Source of the DNA: Lama glama
Lineage: Eukaryota
DNA length: 64,000 bases
Reading direction: 5' to 3'
Assembly: GCA_028534125.1 (NCBI GenBank)
Contig: JAPYYK010000105.1
Span: forward strand, 868,001-932,000
Position numbers and translations under genes: made by a program
In this document: piece after piece, positions 50,946 to 63,161 of the stretch
Layout of the letters: the number at the start of each line of letters is the position of its first letter
Position numbering within the stretch: the stretch's first letter is position 1
The notes under the pieces: generated by a model
What the model saw: only the letters and a program-made list of their open reading frames with translations
Told to the model about the DNA's origin: nothing
Databases searched by the model: none

Positions 50946-51554
50946 GAAAGTCTCCTGGCTTGGAGGGAGAGGGGGAACTTTGAAAACGGTGGCTGAAGCT
51001 TTAAAACAACCCATCAGGTCCATATCACGCACTGATACTAGAAGACCTTAAGTAACCCAGAGATTCCACAGCCTCCAAGCGGGGAGCTGGGGTTCCCTGA
51101 GGTCCTTCAACCCTAAGCCGTACATTTTCTGCTTCACTTCACTGCCCCATTGTAATGTTTGTATCATCAAAATAATTAGTACTTCCTGTGCCTCCACTTG
51201 GCGAACATCTAAACCATGCATAATAGGATAAAATGTAGCTTTTTCAACCGTTGGCGACTCTGTTTTTCTTTGGTTCGGGTATATTAGGTGAAAAAGCTTA
51301 TGTTTGCCTTTTCATTCATTCAACAAAGATTTGTTGAGCATCTACCCGTCAGTGCGCACAGTAAGTCCTTAGACTCTTCCCTGATAATAGCATTGGGCCA
51401 TGTATATGCTTCTTCAGTTATCTTGGATTAGAGCCACCAGACCTCACAGCAATGCATACTGTAGCCTGAATGTCACTTTCTGGACTTGGAGCCAGCACAT
51501 CCTTAAAGATTTCTCTTGTCTCTCAAAGTCGAATGTCACCCTGTTTCTCATAAT

Positions 51555-52230
51555 CTTTCATTCACTCAACATTTATTGAGCACCTGCTATATGCTAGATG
51601 TCATCTAAGATGCTGAGGATATAGCAGAGACCGAGACAGACAGGAGTCCCTGCCTTCAAGCAGAATGCATTCAGGAGGGAGAAACAGCAGGCAAAGGAAT
51701 GCAGTGTATGTGGTGCATCAGTGATATGCGCTTGGAGACAAATAAAGCAGGAGAGGAGACAGGCTGTTCCAGGAAGCAGGGAACTGGGGGGAGGCCGCAG
51801 TGAGGGGCTGGCATCTGAAGGAGGTCAGGGAGGAGGCATGTGGAAGTCTGGGGGGAGGCCCTCGGGGCAGAGGGAAGGAGAGGCTGAGGAGCAGCGGTGG
51901 GGACAGAGAGCTGGAGCTGGGGGAGGGAGGGAGCTTGGACCGTAAATGAGGCCTGAGGGAGAATGGGCTGGTGGGATAAGAGCTTATAATGGGAGCTCTG
52001 GAGGGTTTTGGGCAGAAGCGGAAGGGATCTGACCCTGCGGGGAGGGTGATACAGAGAGGAAGCGGGGAAAGCAGCAGGAAGGCGATTGCAGAGACCCGGG
52101 GAAGACCCGGGAGCGGGCAGGGAAGATTTCAAGGAGTGGTCAGAGGACTGATGTATTCTGAAGGCAAAGCCAACAATATCTGCTGACAAGTTGGATGTGA
52201 AATGTAAGAGAAGAGAGGATGGGCGCCTGG
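51555..52230 (-). mobile_element. L2 LINE 3' fragment
   Basis: 'ttcattcactcaacatttattgagcacctgctat' (reverse L2 3' end) and 'ctggagggttttgggcagaag...gatctgac'. Confidence 0.8.
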
Positions 52231-53488
52231 AAGGTTGCCCTTGCCAATGATCTTCCGTCCCCAGGGCCAGTCCCGGCATCCAGCACCGTCCTGGGTCAAA
52301 TCCTGGCCAAACCCAGCCTGTCTCCTCTGTGTCCTTCCCTTCCCTTCCTTTTGTGCTTTTTCTCCCCTCCAAACTCAGACTGGAGCTGAGAGCAGGGGCT
52401 TAGATGTCAGTTTAAATCTGGTTTATCAATTTACCAGCTAGCTCATTTAACTCCATTAATGAGTCAATGTATGTAAAATGTCTGGTGCGTAGGATGCACT
52501 CAATAAATGGTAATTCTGCTCCTCTCTCTTCTATTAAGAGCTGATGAAATCATTCAGGGCAAAGTGTAATGACTAATTCCGTTAAGGTGGCATATTTGGG
52601 GGATGTATTGCATTTTAATGAGATGAGGAGTTTAAGGCGAAGGAATGAATCATTATTGCAGGTCATTGCTGAGTAAATCAGAGTCGGGTTTTTGTTAGCT
52701 GTTTTGTTTTGGAGGGGGCAAGAATTGATTTCGTTTAGAGTTCAAAGTGTGAAAGCCTCCTGTCACCCTTGAAATGACCTTCAACATTCATGACAACAAT
52801 ATTGACCGAGTTTCTCCTTTGGATCAGGCCTTGAGGATACAAAGGAAAACAGACAGCTGTGGCGTTGCCTTTTCTGGGTTTATGTTCTAGCAGGGCCCAC
52901 GAGCATTAAACACGACACAAGAAGATGACATGCGTGTGGGCAGGGAAGTAGAGGGGAGGCTGCCTAACAGAAAGCAAGGGCTATTACGGCCTAAACCAGG
53001 CTCTCAATCCTGGTTTTTCTCAAAGTGATTGATTTAAAGTCCTGATACCTGGATCTCACTCCCAGAGATTCTGGGGTACCTCTAGGCATCAGGACTTTTT
53101 AAAGCTCCCCCAAAAGATTCTGATGGGCAGCCAGGGTGGGGAATTAATAGGAGTTAGCTAGATTCAGATGGGTTGATTGTCAGGTTGGGGAGGAACCAGA
53201 GTGAAACCTAAGGTTTAGAGGAAGTATGTGGCCCCTTCCAGAAACTGGAGGGATTTCCATGTACCTGGGACACAGCTGGGAAATGGGAAGAGTGGGAGAT
53301 GAGATGGCGGGTGGGGGGGGACAGGTCCTTGAGGGCCACCTGAGAATTGCACACACACACCAGGAGGAGGCATCGAAGGGAGGAGGTGGCATTCTGGGGG
53401 CCTCGCTTGGGCTTTAGGTGGAGAACAGTTGGTGGGAAGCAGAATCATAGTCCAGGAAACCAGTTGGGGGCTGTTTTAGAGTCACTTT

Positions 53489-53602
53489 GGTGGGGGGATG
53501 TAATTAAGTTTATTTATAAATTTTTTAAATGGAGGTATTGGGGATTGAACCCAGGACCTCGTGCATGCTAAGCATACGCTCTACCACTGAGCTACACTCA
53601 CC
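53489..53602 (-). mobile_element. Camelid tRNA-derived SINE
   Basis: Reverse A/B boxes 'ggggattgaacccagg...ctctaccactgagcta'. 12-bp TSD tagagtcacttt at 53477-53488 and 53603-53614. Confidence 0.93.
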
Positions 53603-55074
53603 TAGAGTCACTTTTGAGAATTGACTGACAGTGGCCAGGACGAGGGGTTCACAGTGGGGGTGATGAGAAGAAACAGACATGCGGGAGCTGTCTGGAGGAC
53701 AGGGCCAGCTCTGCTCAGTAATGGACTGCATAAGGGGAGGGGCATCAAGGGTGGCACAGACCTTCCAGCCTTGGGTTGGCTGTTTGTTTCAGACCAAGCT
53801 GCCACGGACTGAGGACTGGAGGTGTAGACTCAGAATCAAGAGGATTGGAGAATGCATGTAAGAAGTCTGGCCAAGAGGAAAGTAGCCGATGCATGGAGAA
53901 CGGTGCCTGTAACTGAAATAGGAAACGAGGGAGGAGAGACAGAAGTGGGACTAGGGGCTCAGCTGGGGACCTGTCGGGGTTTGGTGTCTCCAAGATGCCC
54001 AGGAGGGTGGAGTGACTAGGAACGCAGGGTCCTGGCTCTGCCACTTACCAGCTATGAACTGTTAGTCGTGTTGCTTTACTTTCATGTCACTGCTAGGACC
54101 ACATAAGATAATGCCTGCAAAGTGCTTGGCACTGCCTCAGGCACCTGATAGCAGCTCAGTGCGTGTGGCTCCTGCTGTTACCGAGTGAAGACCTGCTGGG
54201 TGTGTCTGGAGCCCAGGAATGGGCTGTGGCTGGAGGTACAGATGTGGGCATTGTGGGCTATGGGAGGGAATAAGATCACCCAGAGCACAGTGACGAGACT
54301 GGAGGACCCAGGATCTATTCTGAGGGGTGCCAGCATGCCCAGGTAGGGGAGAAAGGGTGGTGAAGGAAGCTGCAGAGGGCTGCCAGAGATTAAGGAGGAA
54401 AGAGGTAGGAGTCCAGTGCCAAGAACAAGGGTAGGAGGTGGGAGTCAGTAACCTCTAGGGGTCACGCCTTTGAAACCAGGCAAGGGCCACAAATCTAAGG
54501 ATCTCAAGGTTGTGGCAACCTTGGTGAGGACAGTGAGGGCGTGGGGGTTAAAGCCGCAGTGCTGTGGGTTCAGGAGTGGGAGGTGGGGACGGAGGTGGGG
54601 ACTCTTCTAGGGGATTTGGCCCAGAAGAAGGGGAGAGAAGAGATGACAGCTGGTGAGGTGGGGGGCAGGAGAGGGTGTGACACGGAAGATAAATGAGCCT
54701 GGGTCCTTAGATTGACCTTTAGTTTCACTAACCATACCTGAAATGTAGCATTTCCTTCCTTTACAAATGTGGGCTCCAAACCACAGTGGTGTCAGCAACC
54801 CCGAGACTGTTCACCAGTTGAAATCACTGACATTTTCTTTTTGTATTCCCATTGTGATCAATGTGTAGACCATCATTTACACTTATCCTTGCTTCCAAAT
54901 CACAGTAGTTATTAAACCTGCCACTAGACTTCGTTATTTAATGTATTAATAAAGAAGCACATAGACTACTATATCCCAGATTTTTTTTATACTTTGAAAC
55001 TACATTTAAGTGTCATCAGTTTTCTTTGTTATTCTATGCGTTTTATTTTATGCATTTAAAACCTTATCCTGACA

Positions 55075-55835
55075 CCCACTAGAATGGCTTTTATTTTAAA
55101 AAAAGAAAAAAAAAGGAAGGAAGGAAGGAAATTGCAAAGTTGTCAAAGATGTGAAGAAATCGAAGCCCTTGTACATTGCTGGTGGGAATGTAAAATGACG
55201 TGATCACTGTGGAAAACAGTTTAGTTAGTTACTCAAAAAGTTAAATATATAGTAGTAAAGCTGAAAAATTGGGGGGAAAAGTTAAATATATAGTTACCAT
55301 ATGATCCAGGAATTCCACTCCTGGATATATGCCCGAAAGAATTGAAATCAGGGGCTTAAACGGATACTTATACACAAATGTTCATACANNNNNNNNNNNN
55401 NNNNNNNNNNNNNNNNNNNNNNNNNNNNNNNNNNNNNNNNNNNNNNNNNNNNNNNNNNNNNNNNNNNNNNNNNNNNNNNNNNNNNNNNNNNNNNNNNNNN
55501 NNNNNNNNNNNNNNNNNNNNNNNNNNNNNNNNNNNNNNNNNNNNNNNNNNNNNNNNNNNNNNNNTGAAATAAACCAGATATAAAAGGACAAATATTGTAT
55601 GATTCCACTCAAAATTCACAGACAGAGTAGCAAATTTCATAGATACTAGAATGATGATTATTGGGGCTTAGGGGCGGCTGGGATGGGATGGGGAGATATG
55701 GTTTAATGGGTATGGCATTTCCATTCAGGATGATGAAAAAGTGCTAGAGATAGTGGTGATGGTTGCATAATGCTGTGGATGTAATTAATGCCACTGAATT
55801 ATTCACTTAAAAACGGTCATAATGGTAAATTTCAC
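55075..55835 (+). mobile_element. L1MB-like ORF2 end and 3' UTR, with a gap
   Basis: 'acattgctggtgggaatgtaaaatg', 'ccatatgatccaggaattccactc', 'gtggtgatggttgcata...aatgccactgaatt'. Confidence 0.85.
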
Positions 55836-57100
55836 CATCACCACCCCACTCACACAAACCTTTATCCTGAGAAGGGGTGTGACCAGCCCCAGGCTCACAC
55901 ATCATCATGATGTTAGACCATACTGTGTTTCTAGTCCCCGCTTGCTGGAGGAGGTTGCACAATCCGGCAGCAAGTGCACACTGACCTGCTCACCTGGGAG
56001 GTCCCTTCCACCCGAGACATCCACACGCCTCCCAGAATGAACATCACATTCATACTTCAGTTGGTCAACCTGTAAATATTGACCCAGTTGACATGTCCAA
56101 TGTAAGTGAGGGAAAAATAGACTGGAAAAGCTAGCCCCAGATTCTGGTAAAGAATTTTGTATTCATCAGCAATAGATACAATGTAAATGTAAGATACTGA
56201 GAATGAGTAATTTATAATCCTTTTTATGATGAGAAAATGTTCTGTAATAAGTTTTTAATTGACAGGATGAGTAGGTCTTAAAACAGAGTTGTATTTCAGG
56301 GCACCTTATGAAATCATTGTGTAACAAAAAACCTATCATTTATACATCATTTCCAGAAAATGGAGTCTATCCATTTGACACTAAGCATTTTTTTAATCTA
56401 ATGATTCTCATTTTTTACATTTGTGTTTTGAAAAGATCACTTTGGCTCCCAGGACCACATGTATGGTTGTACAGGTTGTATACTGCACAAGGACACACCC
56501 TAAAGGAAGTATCATTCACATAGACCTCAAAGAATTGTATATTTATTATGAGTATTTCCAGCAGATGGCAGTAAAGGGTCTTGTTCTAACTAAATCAAGG
56601 ACGTAAAGTATCTTGAAGAAGGGGCTTCTTTTTATAATTTGCACAAAGGCACCATGGGCCAGTAATGCCCTTGTTGGCATGGATCTGAAGGAAGACAAAA
56701 CTGGGAGCAGGGAAACTACTTAGACAGCCACTACAATTACCTGGGCTGGAAGAGAAGAGAGCCTTCACTTGGATAATGGCAACAAGTGTGGAGAAGAGGC
56801 ACAAAGGTGTGTAAGAGTGACAAGGCCCAGAGAAGGAAGGGCGAAGAAGAGGGAGGGGTAGGGAATGACTCCCAGGTCTGTGCGTGGATGGAGCTGCCAG
56901 TCCCAAGACTGGTGGGAGGAGCTCTTTTCCGGGAGTGATTTGGATTTGGGGATGTGGTGAGTTTGATTTACCAGGTGACATCCCAGCAGGGCTGGAGGTG
57001 CAGATTTGGTGACGTGGGAAGGAGAGTGGAAGCTAGAATCGTGAATGGATGGGTTTCCCAGAAAACTGCATGGCCTGAGCGGAGCAGAGGGCCCAGGGGC

Positions 57101-57116
57101 ACTGCCACCTAGTGGG
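57101..57116 (-). promoter_or_regulatory. CTCF consensus motif in intron 2
   Basis: Reverse strand reads CCCACTAGGTGGCAGT, matching CCASYAGRKGGCRS. Binding is not shown by sequence alone. Confidence 0.5.
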
Positions 57117-59539
57117 AAAATGGAACAAGTGAGCAGAGGCCGGGGAAGGAGACACTCATATTTTCTGTCCCAAGCCTTCATTTACTGTGTGTTATTTTCC
57201 ATCTCCTGTGGCTGGAATTATCCAGTGTTGGTTTAGATTGTGTACAAAATGAGAGGATACAGGCTCTTCCAAAATAATGTGCGTGATGAGCTTTTCAACA
57301 TCCTTTTTGGCTACAGAAATCATTCTTTTTACTATCAAATACTCAGCTGTATTCCAGATGGTTACTATTGCTGGAAGTGTGGCTTGTGAGAAGTGAGAGG
57401 TTTGCTATAGAAGTCTCTAGACTTCTGTGGAAATCTCCACCACTTAACCAAGTAATGATCTTCCCACAAAATTTGCAGTGAAACAAATGTGTGCTATATA
57501 AATTCAGTTTTCCTATTGATTGCCAGTTCACACAAGGATACTTGTGTTCCCAAGATCAATAAAATCACTCAAGAATGTAGCAAACTTTTATAGTTCAGGT
57601 GAATATATTTTTTATAGCAACATTAGAAAATATTAATCATGATTAATGTTATTTCAGACATTTAAATGGTGAAGTCTGACCCAAGGAATGTTCAGACTAA
57701 ACATCCAACAGAGAAAAGAACTCATTGGTCTAGATTTTCTGCTGTGTAGCCTTAAGTTTTTTCTCCTTAAGGAAAAAAAGTTCTACCTCTTCTTTTGCAC
57801 TAGAGCCCCTGATCAAGGTTTTCTTTCTTATAAATGATTTCAAAAGAGTTAGTTCCGGGGCCAAGCCTCACCCGTGTGGCAGCATCGTGCCTCCTGCTGA
57901 ATCGCTGCCTTTAGCCTCTTCCTGTTGCCGCATTCGACGGCGGCAGATTTTCCGTCTGTGCATCTAGCGTCTGTGCATCTGTCTGTCAAGCTGAAAATAA
58001 CCTAGCCTTCAGGGGCTTCCTGAGGGCTGCAAGCATGTAGGGCTTCCCATTGGCTCTTCCTCTCATGCTGATGGTTAATTTGATGAACTTGAGAGGATAC
58101 TTAACTGCTCCTTCTAAATGCAGGTGACAGAGACAAGACAGTGATGGTCCAAGATGCAAAATTATATTCAACTCCTCAGAAGCTTAAAACTGGGAGGCTC
58201 CTTGACCCCTCCCACCCATCTGGAAAAAGGGGTGAGTTTTGTGCTCCTTCCTTCCAGGTGTGGGGCCCCCAGGATCAGCAGGTACAGGAAACTCCTTTTT
58301 ATTGTGCTGAGGGGGGAGCTGTACATTTTAACCTAGAGTCATAAAGCAAGCCTACTGGTGAAAGCTTTGTAACTACACTTCTTTATGACGGGTGCCCTTT
58401 TTAGAAGAAAGAGAGGTTGGGCAGCAGTCTGAATGCAGCAAACCACATATCTAATACAGCATTAATTTCAAATACTCTGTCCTCTAGTCTCAATGAGTCT
58501 GCTCATCCTTCTCAAAGTACAGTGCCCCAATCTTTGATTCAGAAAACGCACTGACTATATAAACGAATTGTTGGTAAACACAATATTCCTTGCTTAATAA
58601 CCTGGAAAAGATGTTGTGAGAATGAATTTGCAGTGATTTAGCGCTTTTCATTATGGAAATGCCATATAAATATTTAACTCTAATGCTTATTTTATTCTAA
58701 TTTTTCGTTAATCACATTTGCTTAGTTAATATGGCACACTTATGCCAGGTTTTTATTTTATTGCCATAGGTTTTATGAATGATGGCAATTGCACGTGCAA
58801 TTTTGTTTGAAATTAGGTTGATTGTAAAGACTCATGCAGAATTGCCTGTTAATTTTAGTGTTTAGTATTTATGCCATTGTACCAGCAAATCCCCCCAACA
58901 CACACCGGCCTGCACACATATACACACACAACACATTCATGCACACGTGCACATACAATTTTCCCCCACGTATAAGAGAGACAACACATTGGCATATCAC
59001 CTCCTTCCTCTAGGGAAGGGGTTTTTCTTTAAAGGTTCATTCATACTTTTGAAGGCAGATGAATTTGATTTAGCAGAACATCCTTCAAAAATTGAGAAAG
59101 AAAGGAAAAACAAAGGAGGAAGGGGAAAGCATTCAGGGGTATAAACCAATTCTATAGATTTTTTAAAATTTTTAATCAAAAACTTTGATAGTATGTGAAA
59201 TAGTTTTAGGAATATTCCCTTCTATCAACTCTTTCACATGTACCAGGGAGCCATGCTTAAGTCCTGAGGGATATGTGGAAAACCCCTGGGTGCCAGCAAA
59301 CCTCCCTCCCCAGGTCTAGAGGTATCCCCATTAGGAATTCCTTTTTCAGGTTAAGCAGTTCCTTGTCCCATAAGTTCTTTCTGCCCACTTTCCTTTAGGA
59401 TGAGAGGGACCAGGGGCAACAAGTGAAGAAGGAAAAGAGATTTTGAAAGGGGTCTCAATGGTACAAAAGACAGGCTTTACCTACATCACTATTCTCCTCA
59501 GAGATGACGGCTGTCTGCACACTGAAAGAAACTCAGGTT

Positions 59540-60015
59540 CTGTGTTAGGGTTCTGTTTTGGTCAGGATTGACTTCTGCTGACAGTAGCTTGAACAAGAGA
59601 GTTTATTTTTCTCTCATACAAAAGAGGTCTGTGGAAGACAGTCCAGGTCTGTAAGAAGGCTCCACAGTCGTGAGATTCCTGTTCCTTCTGTCTTGTTGCT
59701 CTATCATACACAACTTCTTCCTCTTGGTCAAAGATGGCTGCTCAAATTCCAGCCATCGTGTCCTCCGTCCACCAGTAGGAAGGGAAGGAGGGCACTGTCC
59801 CTTCACTGATGGACACTTCCCTGAAGTACCGTACAACACAACTGCTTGCCTTTCATTGGCCAGAACTTAGTCACATGACCATGCTTAACAACAAGGGAGG
59901 CTGGGATATGCTGTCTTCATTCCTGTGATTATGGGCTCAGCAAAAAATCAGAGGTCCACGTACTAAGGAAGATGGGGGAGAATTCATGTCGAGGGCAATT
60001 AAAAGATTTTGCCAC
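59540..60015 (-). mobile_element. Old MaLR LTR (MLT1J/K-like)
   Basis: 'cattggccagaacttagtcacatgaccatgcttaacaacaagggaggctggga'. Confidence 0.7.
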
Positions 60016-60220
60016 AGGGTCATATGTCAGATCTTGCTAAAATATCTTACTTGTCTGTGACCTGAGTTCTTTTCGGTTTTCTGGATTTCTTCCCAGGCCC
60101 AGACGTAAAAATCACAAATGAATAAAAGTGATCAAACTCAAAGACCATTTCCAAAGAAAAGCTTTGGAAAGCTCAGACCCCATTCCATGATTGCCTATTA
60201 ACCCTCCCTTGAAATTTCAG

Positions 60221-60327
60221 CGGAAATTCTAGAATTGGCTGGGAATGCCGCAAGGGACAACAAGAAGGCCCGGATAGCCCCAAGACACATCCTGCTGGCA
60301 GTTGCCAATGATGAAGAACTCAATCAG
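60221..60327 (+). CDS. MACROH2A2: macroH2A.2 exon 3 (histone fold)
   Basis: tttcAG|; (A)[35 protein letters not shown]; 107 nt; donor gtacgt. Phase consistent with exon 2. Confidence 0.98.
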
Positions 60328-60665
60328 GTACGTATGAAGCATTGACGCCAACCACGAAATGGGCCTGCCAAAGTCCCCTGCTACTGCACAGGGACCCGGC
60401 TGGCTACAAGTCCTTCCTGCATCAGTGCCCAGGCACATTTATACTGGAAAATTCAGATTGTGTAAGGGAAGAATAGGTTCCACTAGCTGCATCATTTACA
60501 TTCAAAATCGAGTTGTCTCTAGAATAGATCCCACTATATATTCTCAGTCTGGCCAGAACTTCTTTTCCTCTCTGTGTGTTGCCGGGGGAAGGTGCAATGC
60601 ACATATGTTATTCTCTTTATGGTTTCTTTGCCCATACTTTGTTGGCGATTTATTCTGATGAGGGC

Positions 60666-60753
60666 AGATGTGTCCTTCTTTATATATCAAAACTGACCCT
60701 TTATATTTTAGATGTGTCCTTCTTTATATATCAAAACTGACCCTTTATATTTT
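60666..60753. repeat. Perfect 44-bp tandem duplication
   Basis: agatgtgtccttctttatatatcaaaactgaccctttatatttt at 60666-60709 and 60710-60753. Confidence 0.95.
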
Positions 60754-61596
60754 AGAACTGACTCCAAAATTGAGTGAATTCCTACCCCCTGACCCCCCGC
60801 CAAATCTGTGCAAGGTAGCAGGTAGATAATATAAGAACTTTATATTAATTTTCTAATCGTATTATTTCAAATTGTCTGTGGTGAAGAATCAGTTCTTATT
60901 TCCAATGCATCATGGATAACTTCCAAAAATACAATAAAAAATAATTACTAGAAAAGTTTAAAACCAAAACCATATAAACTATAAGCTACAATTTTTTTGT
61001 TACTAGATCCAATAGATAGACAATAACTGTCGATTGACTAGATTCTTCCTCATGATTTCTGTACTCCTTTTGTCACAGACAGGTCACTGATAGCTTGTGG
61101 AGCAGCCCTGGTTGCAGACCACACTTGGAGCAGCGCTGCTATAGGGTGTGGAATGTTAGTGTGGTAGTTCATGTCGATTAGTTAAAGTAAACATATCAAT
61201 CGGGAGGTACATGGTCAAACATATTTTACTGATGGAATTTTCATGATCAAAGGAGAGTGAAGGCCATGGGTCTGTTGTTAACTGGGTCTAGCCCTTGCAT
61301 TAACCTTTGAACCTCATTTTGTCAAGCTGTGCTCCCATGTCTGAAGCTCTTTATCCTCTGTTATGTCTGGAATTTCAGAGCTCTGGGCAACATCGCTGGC
61401 TCCAGCCTCTATATGCTTTCATTTTGCTCTGCTTGTTTTGCTTTCTGTAGAAGATCACAGGATGCCTTGATACCTACAGAGAAAAGCTCACACATGTGAC
61501 AGGGAAAGCCAGTTAAATCGTGTATTATATGCGGTTTCTTTGGAAAGCAGAGACCAGATTTAACACTTGTTTTGCCAACAATTAGAACTGTATTAA

Positions 61597-61724
61597 GGGG
61601 AGGGAGGGGGTAGCTCAGTGCTTAGCATGCACGAGGTCATGGGTTCCATCCCCAGTGCCTCTGTTAAATAAAAAAATAATAATGATAATAAATAAATATC
61701 ATCTCTCCCCACCACTGAAGAAAA
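61597..61724 (+). mobile_element. Camelid tRNA-derived SINE with internal deletion
   Basis: 'tagctcagtgcttagcatgcacgaggtcatgggttccatcccc'. 13-bp TSD agaactgtattaa at 61584-61596 and 61725-61737. Confidence 0.92.
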
Positions 61725-61791
61725 AGAACTGTATTAAATCCAGAACCAGCAAGCTCTTTGCTGTCTGAGCTCATACGTTGTCTCTCTTCAG

Positions 61792-61989
61792 CTGCTAAAA
61801 GGAGTGACCATTGCCAGCGGGGGTGTCCTGCCCAGAATTCACCCTGAACTGCTGGCCAAAAAGCGAGGGACCAAAGGCAAGTCGGAAACTATTCTCTCCC
61901 CTCCCCCAGAGAAGAGAGGAAGGAAGGCCACATCGGGCAAGAAGGGAGGCAAGAAATCCAAGGCTGCCAAACCACGGACGTCCAAAAAG
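61792..61989 (+). CDS. MACROH2A2: macroH2A.2 exon 4 (end of histone fold, basic linker)
   Basis: ctcttcAG|; LLKGVTIASGGVLPRIHPELLAKKRGTKGKSETILSPPPEKRGRKATSGKKGGKKSKAAKPRTSKK; 198 nt; donor gtgagc. Confidence 0.98.
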
Positions 61990-62424
61990 GTGAGCCCAGG
62001 GACTGTCACAGAACAGGAGGAAAGTTGAACAATCAAAAAAGGAGGGTGTGGCCAGCATCCCTGAAGGACCGGGAACTGGCCTCAGCTTGGTGCTGAGAAA
62101 ATGATAAGAATGTCTGTGGAAGAGAATAAAGAGCCTTTGAGATGTGCTCAGATCATCAAGCCGGGTCTCCCAGAGGTTTCCAAATCCAGAACAGAGGTGG
62201 TTTCCATGTTTCTAGATCCCTTCCACTGCCCCCACCAAAATCTTAAGTGAGAGATACTGGCCTGGGACTCTGCTTTCCATCCCTCCCCAGAGCTCCAGGT
62301 TGCACCCTGAAACCAGTCTAGCCGCCCACAGATGGCCTGAGTGCAATGGCATTTCAGGTGTTTTGGATAATCTGATGTGCTAAGGAGCTATAGTTTAGAG
62401 AGGCCACCTATAGAGTAATACTTT

Positions 62425-62610
62425 CAGAGGCTGCCCAGTACAGCAACTGCTAGCCACATGTGGCTATTCAAACTTGAATTTAAATTGATTAAAACTACAT
62501 GATATTCAGTTCCTTGGTTGTACCAGCCACATTTCAAGTGCTCAACAGCCCTGAGCAGCTCAAATACAGACCATTTTCATGAAGGAAGGCAGTCCTATTG
62601 GACAGCGCTG
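62425..62610. mobile_element. MER3/MER33-like hAT element
   Basis: 'ctagccacatgtggctatt...agccacatttcaagtgctcaacagcc...ctattggacagcgctg'. Confidence 0.75.
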
Positions 62611-63050
62611 CTTCAGAGCTAGTCAGTTTTCATTCCACAGTCCTGCATGATAGCAAAAAAGATGATATAAGAGTTCATTTCTCAGCCACTGTGCCCCAGG
62701 GAAATCCTGGGGAGAAGGGAGGTTGAGCGGTGTGCTGTGAATGACCCCACTTGGCTTATTATCAGAAGCTGCAGGTGTTGAAAAGACCAAGAATAACATA
62801 CCCGTGTCCAGGTTTGAGTGAGGACCGTGGGTACATGTGAGCCCCTTAAACACACTCTATTTTTTGCTGTATTCTTTTCTTTTCCTCATATTGCTGTCTC
62901 TTGCTTCCCTCTGCCGAGAATAACAGAACATAACACCTGACCACTTCCTTTCATATCCCAGTTGGTGGGAGCCAGGGGAAGGACTTAATAAAGCCACTTT
63001 GGGCTTTTGTTCTGGATTATTTCTCATCTGTTCTTCTGATTTCTACCCAG

Positions 63051-63161
63051 TCCAAACCAAAGGACGGCGATAAAGAAGGAACTTCAAATTCCACCTCTGA
63101 AGATGGGCCAGGGGATGGATTCACCATCTTGTCTTCTAAGAGCCTTGTTCTAGGGCAGAAG
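63051..63161 (+). CDS. MACROH2A2: macroH2A.2 exon 5 (linker, start of macrodomain); gene continues past the window
   Basis: ctacccAG|; SKPKDGDKEGTSNSTSEDGPGDGFTILSSKSLVLGQK; 111 nt; donor gtaaca. Confidence 0.98.

Noticed and set aside
51671-52372. 233-aa minus-strand ORF
   Set aside because: Largely overlaps a decayed L2 element; Pro/Ser-rich with no recognisable domain.
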